Assembly (NCBI GenBank): GCA_964016885.1
Contig: OZ024744.1
Coordinates: forward strand, 108,810,001-108,874,000
DNA from: Eledone cirrhosa
Lineage: Eukaryota
Reading direction: 5' to 3'
Length of the DNA: 64,000 bases
Both the position numbers and the translations under genes were made by a program. Below are positions 1 to 12,547 of the stretch, piece after piece (position 1 is the first letter of the stretch; the number at the start of each line of letters is the position of its first letter). The notes under the pieces were generated by a model. That model had not been told where the DNA came from, searched no databases, and saw only the letters and a list, made by a program, of their open reading frames with translations.

Positions 1-3000
1 AACAGTACAGGCTATACAACAGTACAGGCTATACAACAGTACAGGCTATACAACAGTACAAGCTATACAACAGTACAGGCTATACAACATTAGAGCTATA
101 CAACAGTACAAGCTATACAACAGTACAGGCTATACAACAGTACAAGCTATACAACAGTACAGGCTATACAACAGTACAGACTATACAACAATACAGGCTA
201 TACAACAGTACAGGCTATACAACAGTACAGGCTATACAACAGTACAGGCTATATAACAGTACAGGCTATACAACAGTACAGGCTATACAACAGTACAGGC
301 TATACAACAGTACAGGCTATACAACAGTACAGGCTATACAACTCTACAGGCTATACAACAGTACAAGCTATACAACAGTACAGGCTATACAACAGTACAG
401 GCTATACAACAGTACAGTCTATACAACAGTACAAGCTATACAACAGTACAAGCTATACAACAGTACAAGCTATACAACAGTACAGGCTATACAACAGTAG
501 AGCTATACAACAGTACAGGCTATACAACAGTACAGGCTATACAACAGTACAGGCTATACAACAGTACAAGGTATACAACAGTACAGGCTATACAACAGTA
601 CAAGCTATACAACAGTACAGGCTATACAACAGTACAGGCTATACAACAGTACAGGCTATACAACAGTACAAGCTATACAACAGTACAAGCTATACAACAG
701 TACAGGCTATACAACAGTAGAGCTATACAACAGTACAAGCTATACAACAGTACAGGCTATACAACAGTACAGGCTATACAACAGTACAAGCTATACAACA
801 GTACAAGCTATACAACAGTACAGGCTATACAACAGTACAGGCTATACAACAGTACAAGCTATACAACAGTACAAGCTATACAACAGTACAGGCTATACAA
901 CAGTACAGACTATACAACAATACAGGCTATACAACAGTACAGGCTATACAACAGTACAGGCTATACAACAGTACAAGCTATACAACAGTACAGGCTATTC
1001 AACAGTACAGGCTATACAACAATACAGGCTATACAACAGTACAGGCTATACAACAGTACAAGGTATACAACAGTACAGGCTATACAACAGTACAAACTAT
1101 ACAACAGTACAGGCTATACAACAATACAGGCTATACAACAGTACAGGCTATACAACAGTAGAGCTATACAACAGTACAGGCTATACAACAGTACAGGCTA
1201 TACAACAGTAGAGCTATACAATAGTACAGGCTATACAACAGTACAGGCTATACAACAGTAGAGCTATACAACAGTACCAGCTATACAACAGTACAAGCTA
1301 TACAACAGTACAGGCTATACAACAGTACAGGCTATACAACAGTACAAGCTATACAACAGTACAGCTATACAACAGTACAGCTATACAACAGTACAGGCTA
1401 TACAACAGTACAAGCTCTACAACAGTACGAGCTATACAACAGTACAGGCTATACAACAGTACAGGCTATACAACAGTACAGGCTATACGACAGTACAAGC
1501 TATACAACAGTACAGTCTATACAACAGTACAAGCTATACAACACTACAGGCTATACAACAGTACAAGCTATACAACAGTACAAGCTATACAACAGTACAG
1601 GCTATACAACAGTACAAGCTATACAACAGTACAAGGTATACAACAGTACAGGCTATACAACAGTACAAGCTATACAACAGTACAGGCTATACAACAGTAC
1701 AAGCTATACAACAGTACAGGCTATACAACAGTACAGGCTATACAACAGTACAAGCTATACAACAGTACAAGCTATACAACAGTACAGGCTATACAACAGT
1801 ACAGGCTATACAACAGTACAAGCTATACAACAGTACAAGCTATACAACAGTACAGGCTATACAACAGTACAAACTATACAACAGTACAAGCTATACAACA
1901 GTACAGGCTATACAACAGTACAGGCTATACAACAGTACAGGCTATACAACAATACAGGCTATACAACAGTACAGGCTATACAACAGTACAGGCTATACAA
2001 CAGTACAGGCTATACAACAGTACAGGCTATACAACAGTACAGGCTATACAACAGTACAGGCTATACAACAGTACAGGCTATACAACAGTACAATTATACA
2101 ACAGTACAGGCTATACAACAGTACAGGCTATACAACAGTACAGGCTATACAACAGTACCGGCTATACAACAGTACAAGCTATACAACAGTACAAGTTATA
2201 CAACAGTACAGGCTATACAACAGTACAAGCTATACAACAGGACAGGCTATACAACAGTACAAGCTATACAACAGTACAGGCTATACAACAGTACAGGCTA
2301 TACAACAGTACAGGCTATACAACAGTACAGGCTATACAACAGTACAGGCTATACAACAGTACAAGCTATGCAACAGTACAAGCTATACAACAGTACAGGC
2401 TATACAACAGTACAGGCTATACAACAGTACAAGCTATACAACAGTACAGGCTATACAACAGTACAGGCTATACAACAGTACAGGCTATACAACAGTACAG
2501 GCTATACAACAGTACCGGCTATACAACAGTACAAGCTATACAACAGTACAAGTTATACAACAGTACAGGCTATACAACAGTACAAGCTATACAACAGGAC
2601 AGGCTATATAACAGTACAAGCTATACAACAGTACAGGCTATACAACAGTACAGGCTATACAACAGTACAGGCTATACAACAGTATAGGCTATACAACAGT
2701 ACAGGCTATACAACAGTACAGGCTATACAACAGTACAGGCTATACAACAGTACAGGCTATACAACAGTACAGGCTATAGAACAGTACAGGCTATACAACA
2801 GTACAGGCTATACAACAGTACAAGCTATACAACAGTACAGGCTATACAACAGTAGAGCTATACAACAGTACAGGCTATACAACAGTACAGGCTATACAAC
2901 AGTACAGGCTATACAACAGTACAGGCTATACAACAGTACAGGCTATACAACAGTACAGGCTATACAACAGTACAGGCTATACAACAGTACAGGCTATACA

Positions 3001-5976
3001 ACAGTACAGGCTATACAACAGTACAGGCTATACAACAGTACAGGCTATACAACTGTACAGGCTATACAACAGTACAGGCTATACAACAGTACAGTCTATA
3101 CAACAGTACAGGCTATACAACAGTAGAGCTATACAACAGCACAGGCTATACAACAGTACAGTCTATACAACAGTACAGGCTATACAACAGTACAGGCTAT
3201 ACAACAATACAGGCTATACAACAGTACAGGCTATACAACAGTACAAGGTATACAACAGTACAGGCTATACAACAGTACAAGCTATACAACAGTACAGGCT
3301 ATACAACAGTACAGGCTATACAACAATACAGGCTATACAACAGTACAGGCTATACAACAGTACAGGCTATACAACAATACAGGCTATACAACAGTACAGG
3401 CTATACAACAGTACAAGCTATACAACAGTACAGGCTATACAACAATACAGGCTATACAACAGTACAGGCTATACAACAGTACAGGCTATACAACAGTACA
3501 GGCTATACAACAGTACAGGCTATACAACAGTACAAGCTATACAACAGTACAGGCTATACAACAATACAGGCTATACAACAGTACAGGCTATACAACAGTA
3601 CAGGCTATACAACAGTACAGGCTATACAACAGTACAAGCTATACAACAGTACAGGCTATACAACAGTAGAGCTATACAACAGTACAAGCTATACAACAGT
3701 ACAGGCTATACAACAGTACAAGCTATACAACAGTACAGGCTATACAACAGTACAGACTATACAACAATACAGGCTATACAACAGTACAGGCTATACAACA
3801 GTACAGGCTATATAACAGTACAGGCTATACAACAGTACAGGCTATACAACAGTACAGGCTGTACAACAGTACAGGCTATACAACAGTACAGGCTATACAA
3901 CACTACAGGCTATACAACAGTACAAGCTATACAACAGTACAGGCTATACAACAGTACAGGCTATACAACAGTACAGGCTATACAACAGTACAAGCTATAC
4001 AACAGTACAAGCTATACAACAGTACAGGCTATACAACAGTACAGGCTATACAACAGTACAGGCTATACAACAGTACAAGGTATACAACAGTACAGGCTAT
4101 ACAACAGTACAAGCTATACAACAGTACAGGCTATACAACAGTACAGGCTATACAACAGTACAGGCTATACAACAGTACAAGCTATACAACAGTACAAGCT
4201 ATACAACAGTACAGGCTATACAACAGTAGAGCTATACAACAGTACAAGCTATACAACAGTACAGGCTATACAACAGTACAGGCTATACAACAGTACAAGC
4301 TATACAACAGTACAAGCTATACAACAGTACAGGCTATACAACAGTACAGGCTATACAACAGTACAAGCTATACAACAGTACAAGCTATACAACAGTACAG
4401 GCTATACAACAGTACAGACTATACAACAATACAGGCTATACAACAGTACAGGCTATACAACAGTACAGGCTATACAACAGTACAAGCTATACAACAGTAC
4501 AAGCTATACAACAATACAGGCTATACAACAGTACAGGCTATACAACAGTACAGGCTATACAACAGTACAGGCTATACAACAGTACAGGCTATACAACAGT
4601 ACAGGCTATACAACAGTACAAGCTATACAACAGTACAGGCTATACAACAGTACAGGCTATACAACAGTACAGGCTATACAACAGTACAGGCTATACAACA
4701 GTACAGGCTATACAACAGTATAAGCTATACAACAGTACAAGCTATACAACAGTACAGGCTATACAACAGTACAGGCTATACAACAATACAGGCTATACAA
4801 CAGTACAGGCTATACAACAGTACAGGCTATACAACAGTACAGGCTATACAACAGTACAGGCTATACAACAGTACAGGCTATACAACAGTACAAGCTATAC
4901 AACAGTACAAGCTATACAACAGTACAGGCTATACAACAGTACAGGCTATACAACAATACAGGCTATACAACAGTACAGGCTATACAACAGTACAGGCTAT
5001 ACAACAGTACAGGCTATACAACAGTACAGGCTATACAACAGTACAGGTTATACAACAATACAGGCTATACAACAGTACAGGCTATACAACAATACAGGCT
5101 ATACAACAGTACAGGCTATACAACAGTACAGCCTATACAACAATACAGGCTATACAACAGTACAGGCTATACAACAGTACAGGCTATACAACAGTACAGG
5201 CTATACAACAGTACAGGCTATACAACAATACAGGCTATACAACAGTACAGGCTATACAACAGTACAAGCTATACAACAGTACAGGCTATACAACAATACA
5301 GGCTATACAACAGTACAGGCTATACAACAGTACAAGCTATACAACAGTACAGGCTATACAACAATACAGGCTATACAGCAGTACAGGCTATACAACATTA
5401 CAGGCTATACAACAGTACAGGCTATACAACAGTACAAGCTATACAACAGTACAAGCTATACAACAGTACAGGCTATACAACAGTACAGGCTATACAACAG
5501 TACAAGCTATATAACAGTACAGGCTATACAACAGTACAGGCTATACAACAGTACAGGCTATACAACAGTACAAGCTATATAACAGTACAGGCTATACAAC
5601 AGTACAAGCTATACAACAGTACAGGCTATACAACAGTACAGGCTATACAACAGTACAGGCTATACAACAGTACAAGCTATACAACAGTACAGGCTATACA
5701 ACAGTACAAGGTATACAACAGTACAGGCTATACAACAGTACAAGCTATACAACAGTACAGGCTATACAACAGTACAGGCTATACAACAGTACAGGCTATA
5801 CAACAGTACAAGGTATACAACAGTACAGGCTATACAACAGTACAAGCTATACAACAGTACAGGCTATACAACAGTACAGGCTATACAACAGTACAGGCTA
5901 TACAACAGTAGAGCTATACAACAGTTCAGGCTATACAACAGTACAGGCTATACAACAGTACAGGCTATACAACAAT
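1..5976. repeat. 17-bp tandem satellite (AACAGTACAGGCTATAC)n, ~350 units, runs off the window start
   Basis: Direct reading. The 17-aa periodic ORF at 2368-3126 reflects the 17-bp unit read across frames. Main variant is CAGG/CAAG. Confidence 0.98.
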
Positions 5977-6261
5977 AAATCCATCTCTTCTGTTAGTAAA
6001 AACTGTTGAATCAGTAAAAGTTATTTACAAACAACACACTGATCTATCGATAAGTATCGATCGCTTGATTTAGTCACATGCACACCCACGCATCTCTCCT
6101 CGATATCAACACGTTGACTAGCTCACTACACACACACCGCCCGCCCACACATTCAGACAGACATACAGACACACACACACACATTCACACACTCACACAC
6201 TCAGACACATATTCGCGCGCACACACACACATATATATACACACATTCGTACATACCCACA

Positions 6262-6315
<54 letters not shown>

Positions 6316-6404
6316 TACATACATACACATAATGTGAAATGAAACTGGAAGCCCCATATATATACGTGTGTGTATGTATATAAATGTGTGTGTGTATATG
6401 TATA

Positions 6405-6439
<35 letters not shown>

Positions 6440-6910
6440 GGGTGTCTGTGATCTATATACACTGGTCACACACACACAATCATATACACACACATATATA
6501 TACAGACATACTCACATATAAATATACACAACAACACCATCAGCTCTTTCACTTCCATACTCCTTCTCTCTCTCTATGTCTCTCTTTCAATCTACTTTCT
6601 CACAGCCACTATCTCTTTCTCTCTATCCTTCTGTGTCTCTCTGTTTATGAAGGTACCCGGAAAAACCCCATATCTCGGGAACCCGTGCTTCAATTTACGC
6701 GAAACTTGTTTTATTCCATTTGTATTCCCATTTCACGGTCAACTTCCTTTCAAAGTATTTTCCCATTGTGTGTCCTTTTGACTGTATTACATTTCAGGCA
6801 AGCAACAACTCACGGTGTTTTAGTAGTAGTATATATATATATCCTATTCTCAGTATTTCTCTCTCCCTCTCCTTTTCTCTCTCTTTCTATTCCCATTTTT
6901 CTACTTTTTC

Positions 6911-7180
6911 CTTTACTTCTCCTGTCTCTCTTCTTTTCTTTCTACCTCTTTCTTTCTCTCTATCCACCCTCTATTCCCACTCTCTCTATCTTCTTCTCTC
7001 TCTATCTTCTGTCTCTCTCTATGCCTCCCTTACTTCCTCTTAATCCTTTACTTCTCCTGTCTCTCTTCTTTTCTTTCTACCTCTTTCTTTCTCTCTATCC
7101 ACCCTCTATTCCCACTCTCTCTATCTTCTTCTCTCTCTATCTTCTGTCTCTCTCTATGCCTCCCTTACTTCCTCTTAATC
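6911..7180. repeat. Tandem duplication of a ~135-bp CT-rich segment
   Basis: 6911-7045 is repeated at 7046-7180 (ctttacttctcctgtctctc...cttcctcttaatc). Confidence 0.9.
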
Positions 7181-7398
7181 TCTTTGATAAGACCGAAGTA
7201 ATTAGTCCTAATGAACTTCTTCGTCGTCTTTTTATGATCCTCATTGTTTTATAGTTCATATAGTATTGTTTTATTTGTGACTATGTGAGATCTTGTGGCG
7301 TTCACATAGGGGTGGAAGAAACAGATCTGAAATGGCGGGGGGAGGGGGGCAAATTTAGTCAATTTAGTTGTAGGGATTAGTTTAGTTGTTATTATCTC

Positions 7399-7588
7399 GG
7401 TGGATTGGCAGTATCGGTAGAGGGTCGGACGCCATGCTTTGACGCATAGAGTTACGGCCCTTGCCATTCTGAGGTCAAATCCCGCCGAGGTTAACTTTGC
7501 CTTTCATCCTTACGGGGGTCGATAAAATAAAGTACCAGTAATGTACTGGTTAATTGCTGGCCGTGTGCCAAAAAGTAGAAACAATTAT
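7399..7588 (+). mobile_element. tRNA-headed SINE with Nin/Deu-type core, full length
   Basis: A-box-like TGGCAGTATCGG, B-box-like GGTCAAATCC, core GCCTTTCATCCTTACGGGGTCGATAAAATAAAGTACCAG. Target-site duplication ATTATCTC at 7391-7398 and 7584-7591. Confidence 0.85.
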
Positions 7589-7591
7589 CTC

Positions 7592-7974
7592 TCTATATAT
7601 AAAATTCTTTGTCTCTATGTCTGTCTGTCTTTTCCTTGTGCTTCCTAAACGGCTCGACCAAATCAAATTTTACAAGGTATTAGACCTCGGGAGTAACAGA
7701 TAATTTTTATTTTCATTTGGATTAAAACAATATAACATTTTAACTAAAATAATCTACTATATTTTATAACACAATGACTACATCACATTGTGTATATGAG
7801 TGTGTATGTGTCTGTGAGTGTGTGTGTGTGTTTGTGCGCTCGTTACGCACGTTAAGCCTTAGTAAGTTACATTTACATACACACACATCTTCACGTAAAT
7901 ACTTAATAGATACACAGAAATAAATACACGATTCCGATGCTGGTTTACACACACACATACGCACACACGCACTC

Positions 7975-8010
<36 letters not shown>

Positions 8011-8033
8011 TTATATACAATTATGTATATCTA

Positions 8034-8114
<81 letters not shown>

Positions 8115-8670
8115 TATAAAATATTGGAACTTCCATCATCCTTTTGAGAAACGTGGACCCGCTACTTCTATGCAATGACACACACTTTATAACCAGGAGG
8201 ATAATGAACCATCTCCTAGAGGTCACTATTCTTGGAGGCAATCATCAAGGAGAAAATGCATTTATTCCCAAGATTCCCCTTTCCCCTTCCCTACCGAGCT
8301 GCCATTCAAATTCTCAAGACTTCAGTTCCCTGTTAGAACCAGTTTTGCTAAGTTCGTATATAAAGCTCAGGCTCAGAGTTTCACAGTTGTAGAATTGAAT
8401 ACAAGAGAACCACTTTTTAGCCATGGACAGTTATATGTAGGTTGTTCACAAGTGGAAACACCTAGAAGTCTTCATATATTATGCAGGAACAGTAAAACGA
8501 AGTATCTGGTGTATCTGGAAGATATTTTTACTGTTTATTTTCTTATAACACACACACCACGGTCTCGCCTCATACTGTAGACCGTACAAACATCCAATAC
8601 AGTCATTTTCTCTTCTACCTGTCTTAACTTATCATCTGTTTACCTGGGCAAAGCTGGGTACGTCAGCTAC
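7592..8670 (+). mobile_element. Deleted Helitron with PIF1-helicase C-terminal remnant
   Basis: Frameshifted translation of ~8144-8530 gives LRNVDPLLLCND...EVTILGGNHQGENAFIPKIPLSP and PLFSHGQLYVGCSQV (Helitron RepHel motifs). 3' hairpin TACCTGGGCAAAGCTGGGTA followed by CAGCTAC. 5' part is shared with 27370-27460. Confidence 0.8.
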
Positions 8671-9099
8671 TTAAATATCAACCAATATCAACGATATTAA
8701 AAACTTCGATATGCGATAATCATAATATAAACTGTAGCGCATATACAAATAGATGTGTGTCTGTGTAGAAACATATAATTATTGTGATTGGGGGGGGGGG
8801 GAGACATGCCCTTCCCCTCCAGTTCCACCGTCCCTACCACACCTTTTAGCAATGTAAGTGAAATGGTAAGTCTTCAACTAGAAATGAAAGGACAATCGGA
8901 GACGAAAAAGCCAAATAAAGAAGGAGTCACTGTGCGATCACTGAAATTGTTAGAAATAGCAACCACATCATCCTCATACATTCTACTACCATGAAAAGGG
9001 AACACTTTCAATGTAGTCTGAGGTTCAAAAGACAATAAAGAAGTGATGGGCATGACCGGAATCCTTTTGATCCTAGGTCTGATTGATCTTCACTATCTT

Positions 9100-9290
9100 A
9101 GGCTGTGTATTGGCAGTATCGGTAGAGGGTCGGGCGCCATTGTTTCCAGCATAATTACGTCCCTTTATGGTCTGAGTTAAAATCCCGCCGAGGTTAACTT
9201 TGCCTTTCATCCTTACGGGGTCGATAAAATAAAGTACCAGTAATGTACTGGTTAATTGCTGGCCTTGTGCCAATAGTAGAAACAATTATC
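9100..9290 (+). mobile_element. tRNA-headed Nin/Deu-core SINE
   Basis: Closely similar to 7399-7588. Confidence 0.85.
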
Positions 9291-9354
9291 TTGGGCTAAA
9301 CAACAACAGCAATAATGATTTCTAATTTAAAGAAAAGGGTTAATAAAAAATTTT

Positions 9355-10300
9355 TTTTTCTAATTTATCGATTTCAATTCTAGAGGAAGGGCAAAATCGA
9401 TTAAATCAACCCCAGTAATTGACTAGTGCCTTATTTTATCGACTCCGGAAGGAAGAAAAGTAAAGTTGACCTGAGCGGAATTTGAACTATAACTAACATC
9501 ATAATTTACCCTAACCCTAACCCTAACACAACAATAACAATAATAATTTCTACTATACGCACAAAGCCTGTCATTTTTTTGGAGGAGGGGGGGGGGGGTT
9601 TAGATTAAATAGGCCCCAGTGCATTAGTTTATCGACCCCGTAAGGAGACAAAGCTAACCGCGGCAGGATTTGATCTCAGAACGTAAAGGGCCGTAACTCT
9701 ATTCCGCAAAGCATGTTGTCCGACGCTCTACCGATACTGCCAATCGACCGCCCTTTGTTTCTAATGTAAGCACGAGGTCAACAATTTGTGAGGACAGGAA
9801 AGTCAATCGACCACAATACTTGACTTGTTGACAGCAGCGGGATTAGAACTGAGAACGTAAACATCTGTAATTAAATACTGCAAAGAATTGTGTCTGATGC
9901 TCTACCAATTCTGCCAATCCACCGCCCTAACATCAACAACCATAAAAAAAAAACAAAAAAACAATAGAAAGACTTAATCAAACGAATCCAACAATATTTC
10001 GTCAGCTCGTAAAATATTTGTTTCTACTTTAGGCACAAGGCCAGCAATTACCCAGTTCATTACTGGTACTTTATTTTATCGACCCCGTAAGGATGAAAGG
10101 TAAAGTCAACCTCGGCGGGATTTGAACTCAGATCGTAAAGGGACGTAACTATGCTGGAAAGCATGGCGTCCGACCCTCTACCGATACTGCCGTAAAATAT
10201 TGTTGGATTTTTGTGATATTCGTTTTGACTGACTGCGAGGTCTTCTTTACATTTCATCCTTTCCCAGGTCAATAAAGAAAGTATCAGTCGAAAGTGAGTA
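9355..10300 (-). mobile_element. Cluster of 4-5 SINE copies or fragments (~9360-9490, 9545-9755, 9757-9930, 10018-10192 on minus; degenerate plus copy ~10205-10300)
   Basis: Repeated TTTATCGACCCCGTAAGGA...GGATTTGAACTCAG...CTCTACCGATACTGCC motifs, the reverse complement of the SINE at 7399. Confidence 0.8.
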
Positions 10301-10634
10301 CAGTCATATCACTCACTCTCTCTCTCTCTTCTCTTTCACTTCACTCCTGGATGTTTCAATGGATTAACCCTTTAGTATTTAAACCAGCCATATCCGGCCA
10401 CAACTCTCTCGCCTCTTTCTGCTTAAACCAGCTGTAACTGGCCGCTCATACTGACATTAAGGTATTGTTCTCAAAATAAATAACATCAAAATCTCATAGA
10501 TTCGATATTATGTGAGATAATTATGTAAAGATAAAGCCTTTACCTTGAAAATACAATAGTATATATAAGAATGTTTGCAACAAAACAACTTTAAGGGAAC
10601 TTCACCAGTCCGGCCTCCTGTCATTTGAATCAAA

Positions 10635-10716
<82 letters not shown>

Positions 10717-11496
10717 ATGATATACTTATATATATATCATTTAAAAACATGCTGCTACAAAAAGGTTAAGTGCAGAGAAAAGCTTATATCATAAGTAGTT
10801 AAGAAAATTAAAAAAGTTAATGAGAGGGCATGCAACTCAAATATAAACTTAAACATACATCTCCAAAATGGAGATGTATGTTTTGTACTCTTCGTCAGAT
10901 ATCATTTTGTCTCCTCTGTTCAACTATGTGGTGCTTTGGATGATGTGTCTTGAGAGCCTAATTGATAACTCTTCAATCTATATTGGATTTCTTACCTTGA
11001 TGTATTTATTTACTCAACATAACATTAACTTCTTTGGACGGTTTGAAAAATAATAATTATTATGACTGAATTACATTGTCGAACTTTTTTTAATGTATTA
11101 TTAAAAATATCTTTGGGAGATGTATTTGAAAATTCATATTTGAATTACATGCCTTCTTTTATTAACCTTTTTAACTACTTATGATACATGGTTTTTCACT
11201 GTACTTAATTTTTCTGTAACAGCATGTTTTTTTTTTAATTAATCTTTTACATTTTTAATGCATTTATCTGCTCCTAATTCTTATTGCATTTATATGCTCT
11301 TATTTTTCATATGCTTCTCACTTTACAAGACACTAGGACGCATTACTGAAGTCACGTACACCTACCAATTTCTTCCCTTCGACACAGTCACACCCATGTG
11401 ACACTCCACCCAGCCTTGACTCCCCCCTTTTTTTAATTTCCTTTCCTAAACTACTCTAACTACTCTTACGTGTATCTGTTCTCTCCTTATCCGAAC

Positions 11497-11533
11497 TTTC
11501 TTGAAGAAGGACTTCTGTCCGAAACGTTGACAC
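11497..11533 (+). ncRNA. Degenerate minimal hammerhead ribozyme (core TTGAAGA)
   Basis: TTGAAGA-AGGAC-TTCT-GTCC-GAAACGTT. Same cassette family as 57891. The first core C is mutated. Confidence 0.5.
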
Positions 11534-11604
11534 CTCCTCCACTTCCACCAAGCGGGAACCTAATATAACTGAGGAAAAAGTGCCTCCCGTGTTTCATTTA
11601 TTAA

Positions 11605-11639
<35 letters not shown>

Positions 11640-11642
11640 TGG

Positions 11643-11701
<59 letters not shown>

Positions 11702-11817
11702 GATTCCAGTTCCTCAGTGAAATAACAACCCAACCAGGAGGAACTGGGCATATCAGAGTATTGACAAAATTATACACCTCAACAACATATGTACTTGTCT
11801 ATACCATACTAATTCGG

Positions 11818-11872
11818 ACTGCCTGAAGAGGTCACAGCCAAAGATGGCTGTCACCGAAATATATATAGCAGT
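11818..11872 (+). ncRNA. Type I hammerhead ribozyme
   Basis: Stem I ACTGC/GCAGT; CTGAAGA; stem II GGTcACAGCCA-AAGA-TGGCTGTcACC; GAAA; palindromic ATATAT stem III. Confidence 0.8.
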
Positions 11873-12040
11873 AATAAACGAAGCTAAATTTTAAACATTT
11901 GACTTTTTATTTTACTTTATTTTACATTACTCCGTAGTAACCAAACCAACCTGCGCACTTCGTCGAGTGCTCCAGCCTGCATACTGAGGTGTTGGTTTAC
12001 AACCAACATATACTCAAAATCTGTATGTATATATATATAT

Positions 12041-12152
<112 letters not shown>

Positions 12153-12312
12153 GAATATTAGATATATGAAAGTTAGATAAACAGACAGACAGATACATAG
12201 ATAGATAGATATATTTCTTTATTTGCCACAGGGGCGTACAAACATGGGACATTACAAGACGTGACGGCGGGGGTTTTACATAAAAATAACTTTAACATTA
12301 ATAAATAACATT

Positions 12313-12417
12313 AAACTATAATAAAATAAACTATAATAAAATAAACTATAATAAAATAAACTATAATAAAATAAACTATAATAAAATAAACTATAATAAA
12401 ATAAACTATAATAAAAT
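12313..12417. repeat. 15-bp tandem repeat (AAACTATAATAAAAT)x7 inside the 3' UTR of copy A
   Basis: Direct reading. Not expanded in sister copy D (~47030-47060). Confidence 0.9.
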
Positions 12418-12547
12418 AACAATTGAAATCCCCAGTAGGGGGGACGTTACTGCAGAGTTGTTTTACACCCCGTAGATAGAACAACCCTCAACACCAGGAA
12501 CACGTTTTGTAGGTGTTCCTGTCTTCCCTCTGTTTATCTTCCTCAAC

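Noticed and set aside
2368-3126. 252-aa repetitive ORF
   Set aside because: It is the 17-bp satellite read in frame. The ATG comes from a single variant unit, and there is no gene context.
6078-7254. Long HT/CV/YI/LS-rich ORFs here and at 23400-24200, 49184-49521, 51810-52543, 59476-60428 and 63099-63975
   Set aside because: These are translations of (CA)n, (TA)n and (CT)n microsatellites and low-complexity DNA.
7399-7490. tRNA gene
   Set aside because: The A/B-box-like head continues into a SINE core and tail with TSDs, and no convincing cloverleaf forms.
9508-9526. (CCCTAA)3 telomere-like repeat
   Set aside because: Only three units within SINE debris, too short to indicate a telomere or fusion site.
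10364-10770. piggyBac-like MITE beginning TTAACCCTTT
   Set aside because: The putative right end (AAAAGGTTAA ~10760-10769) is short and overlaps another repeat, so boundaries cannot be supported.
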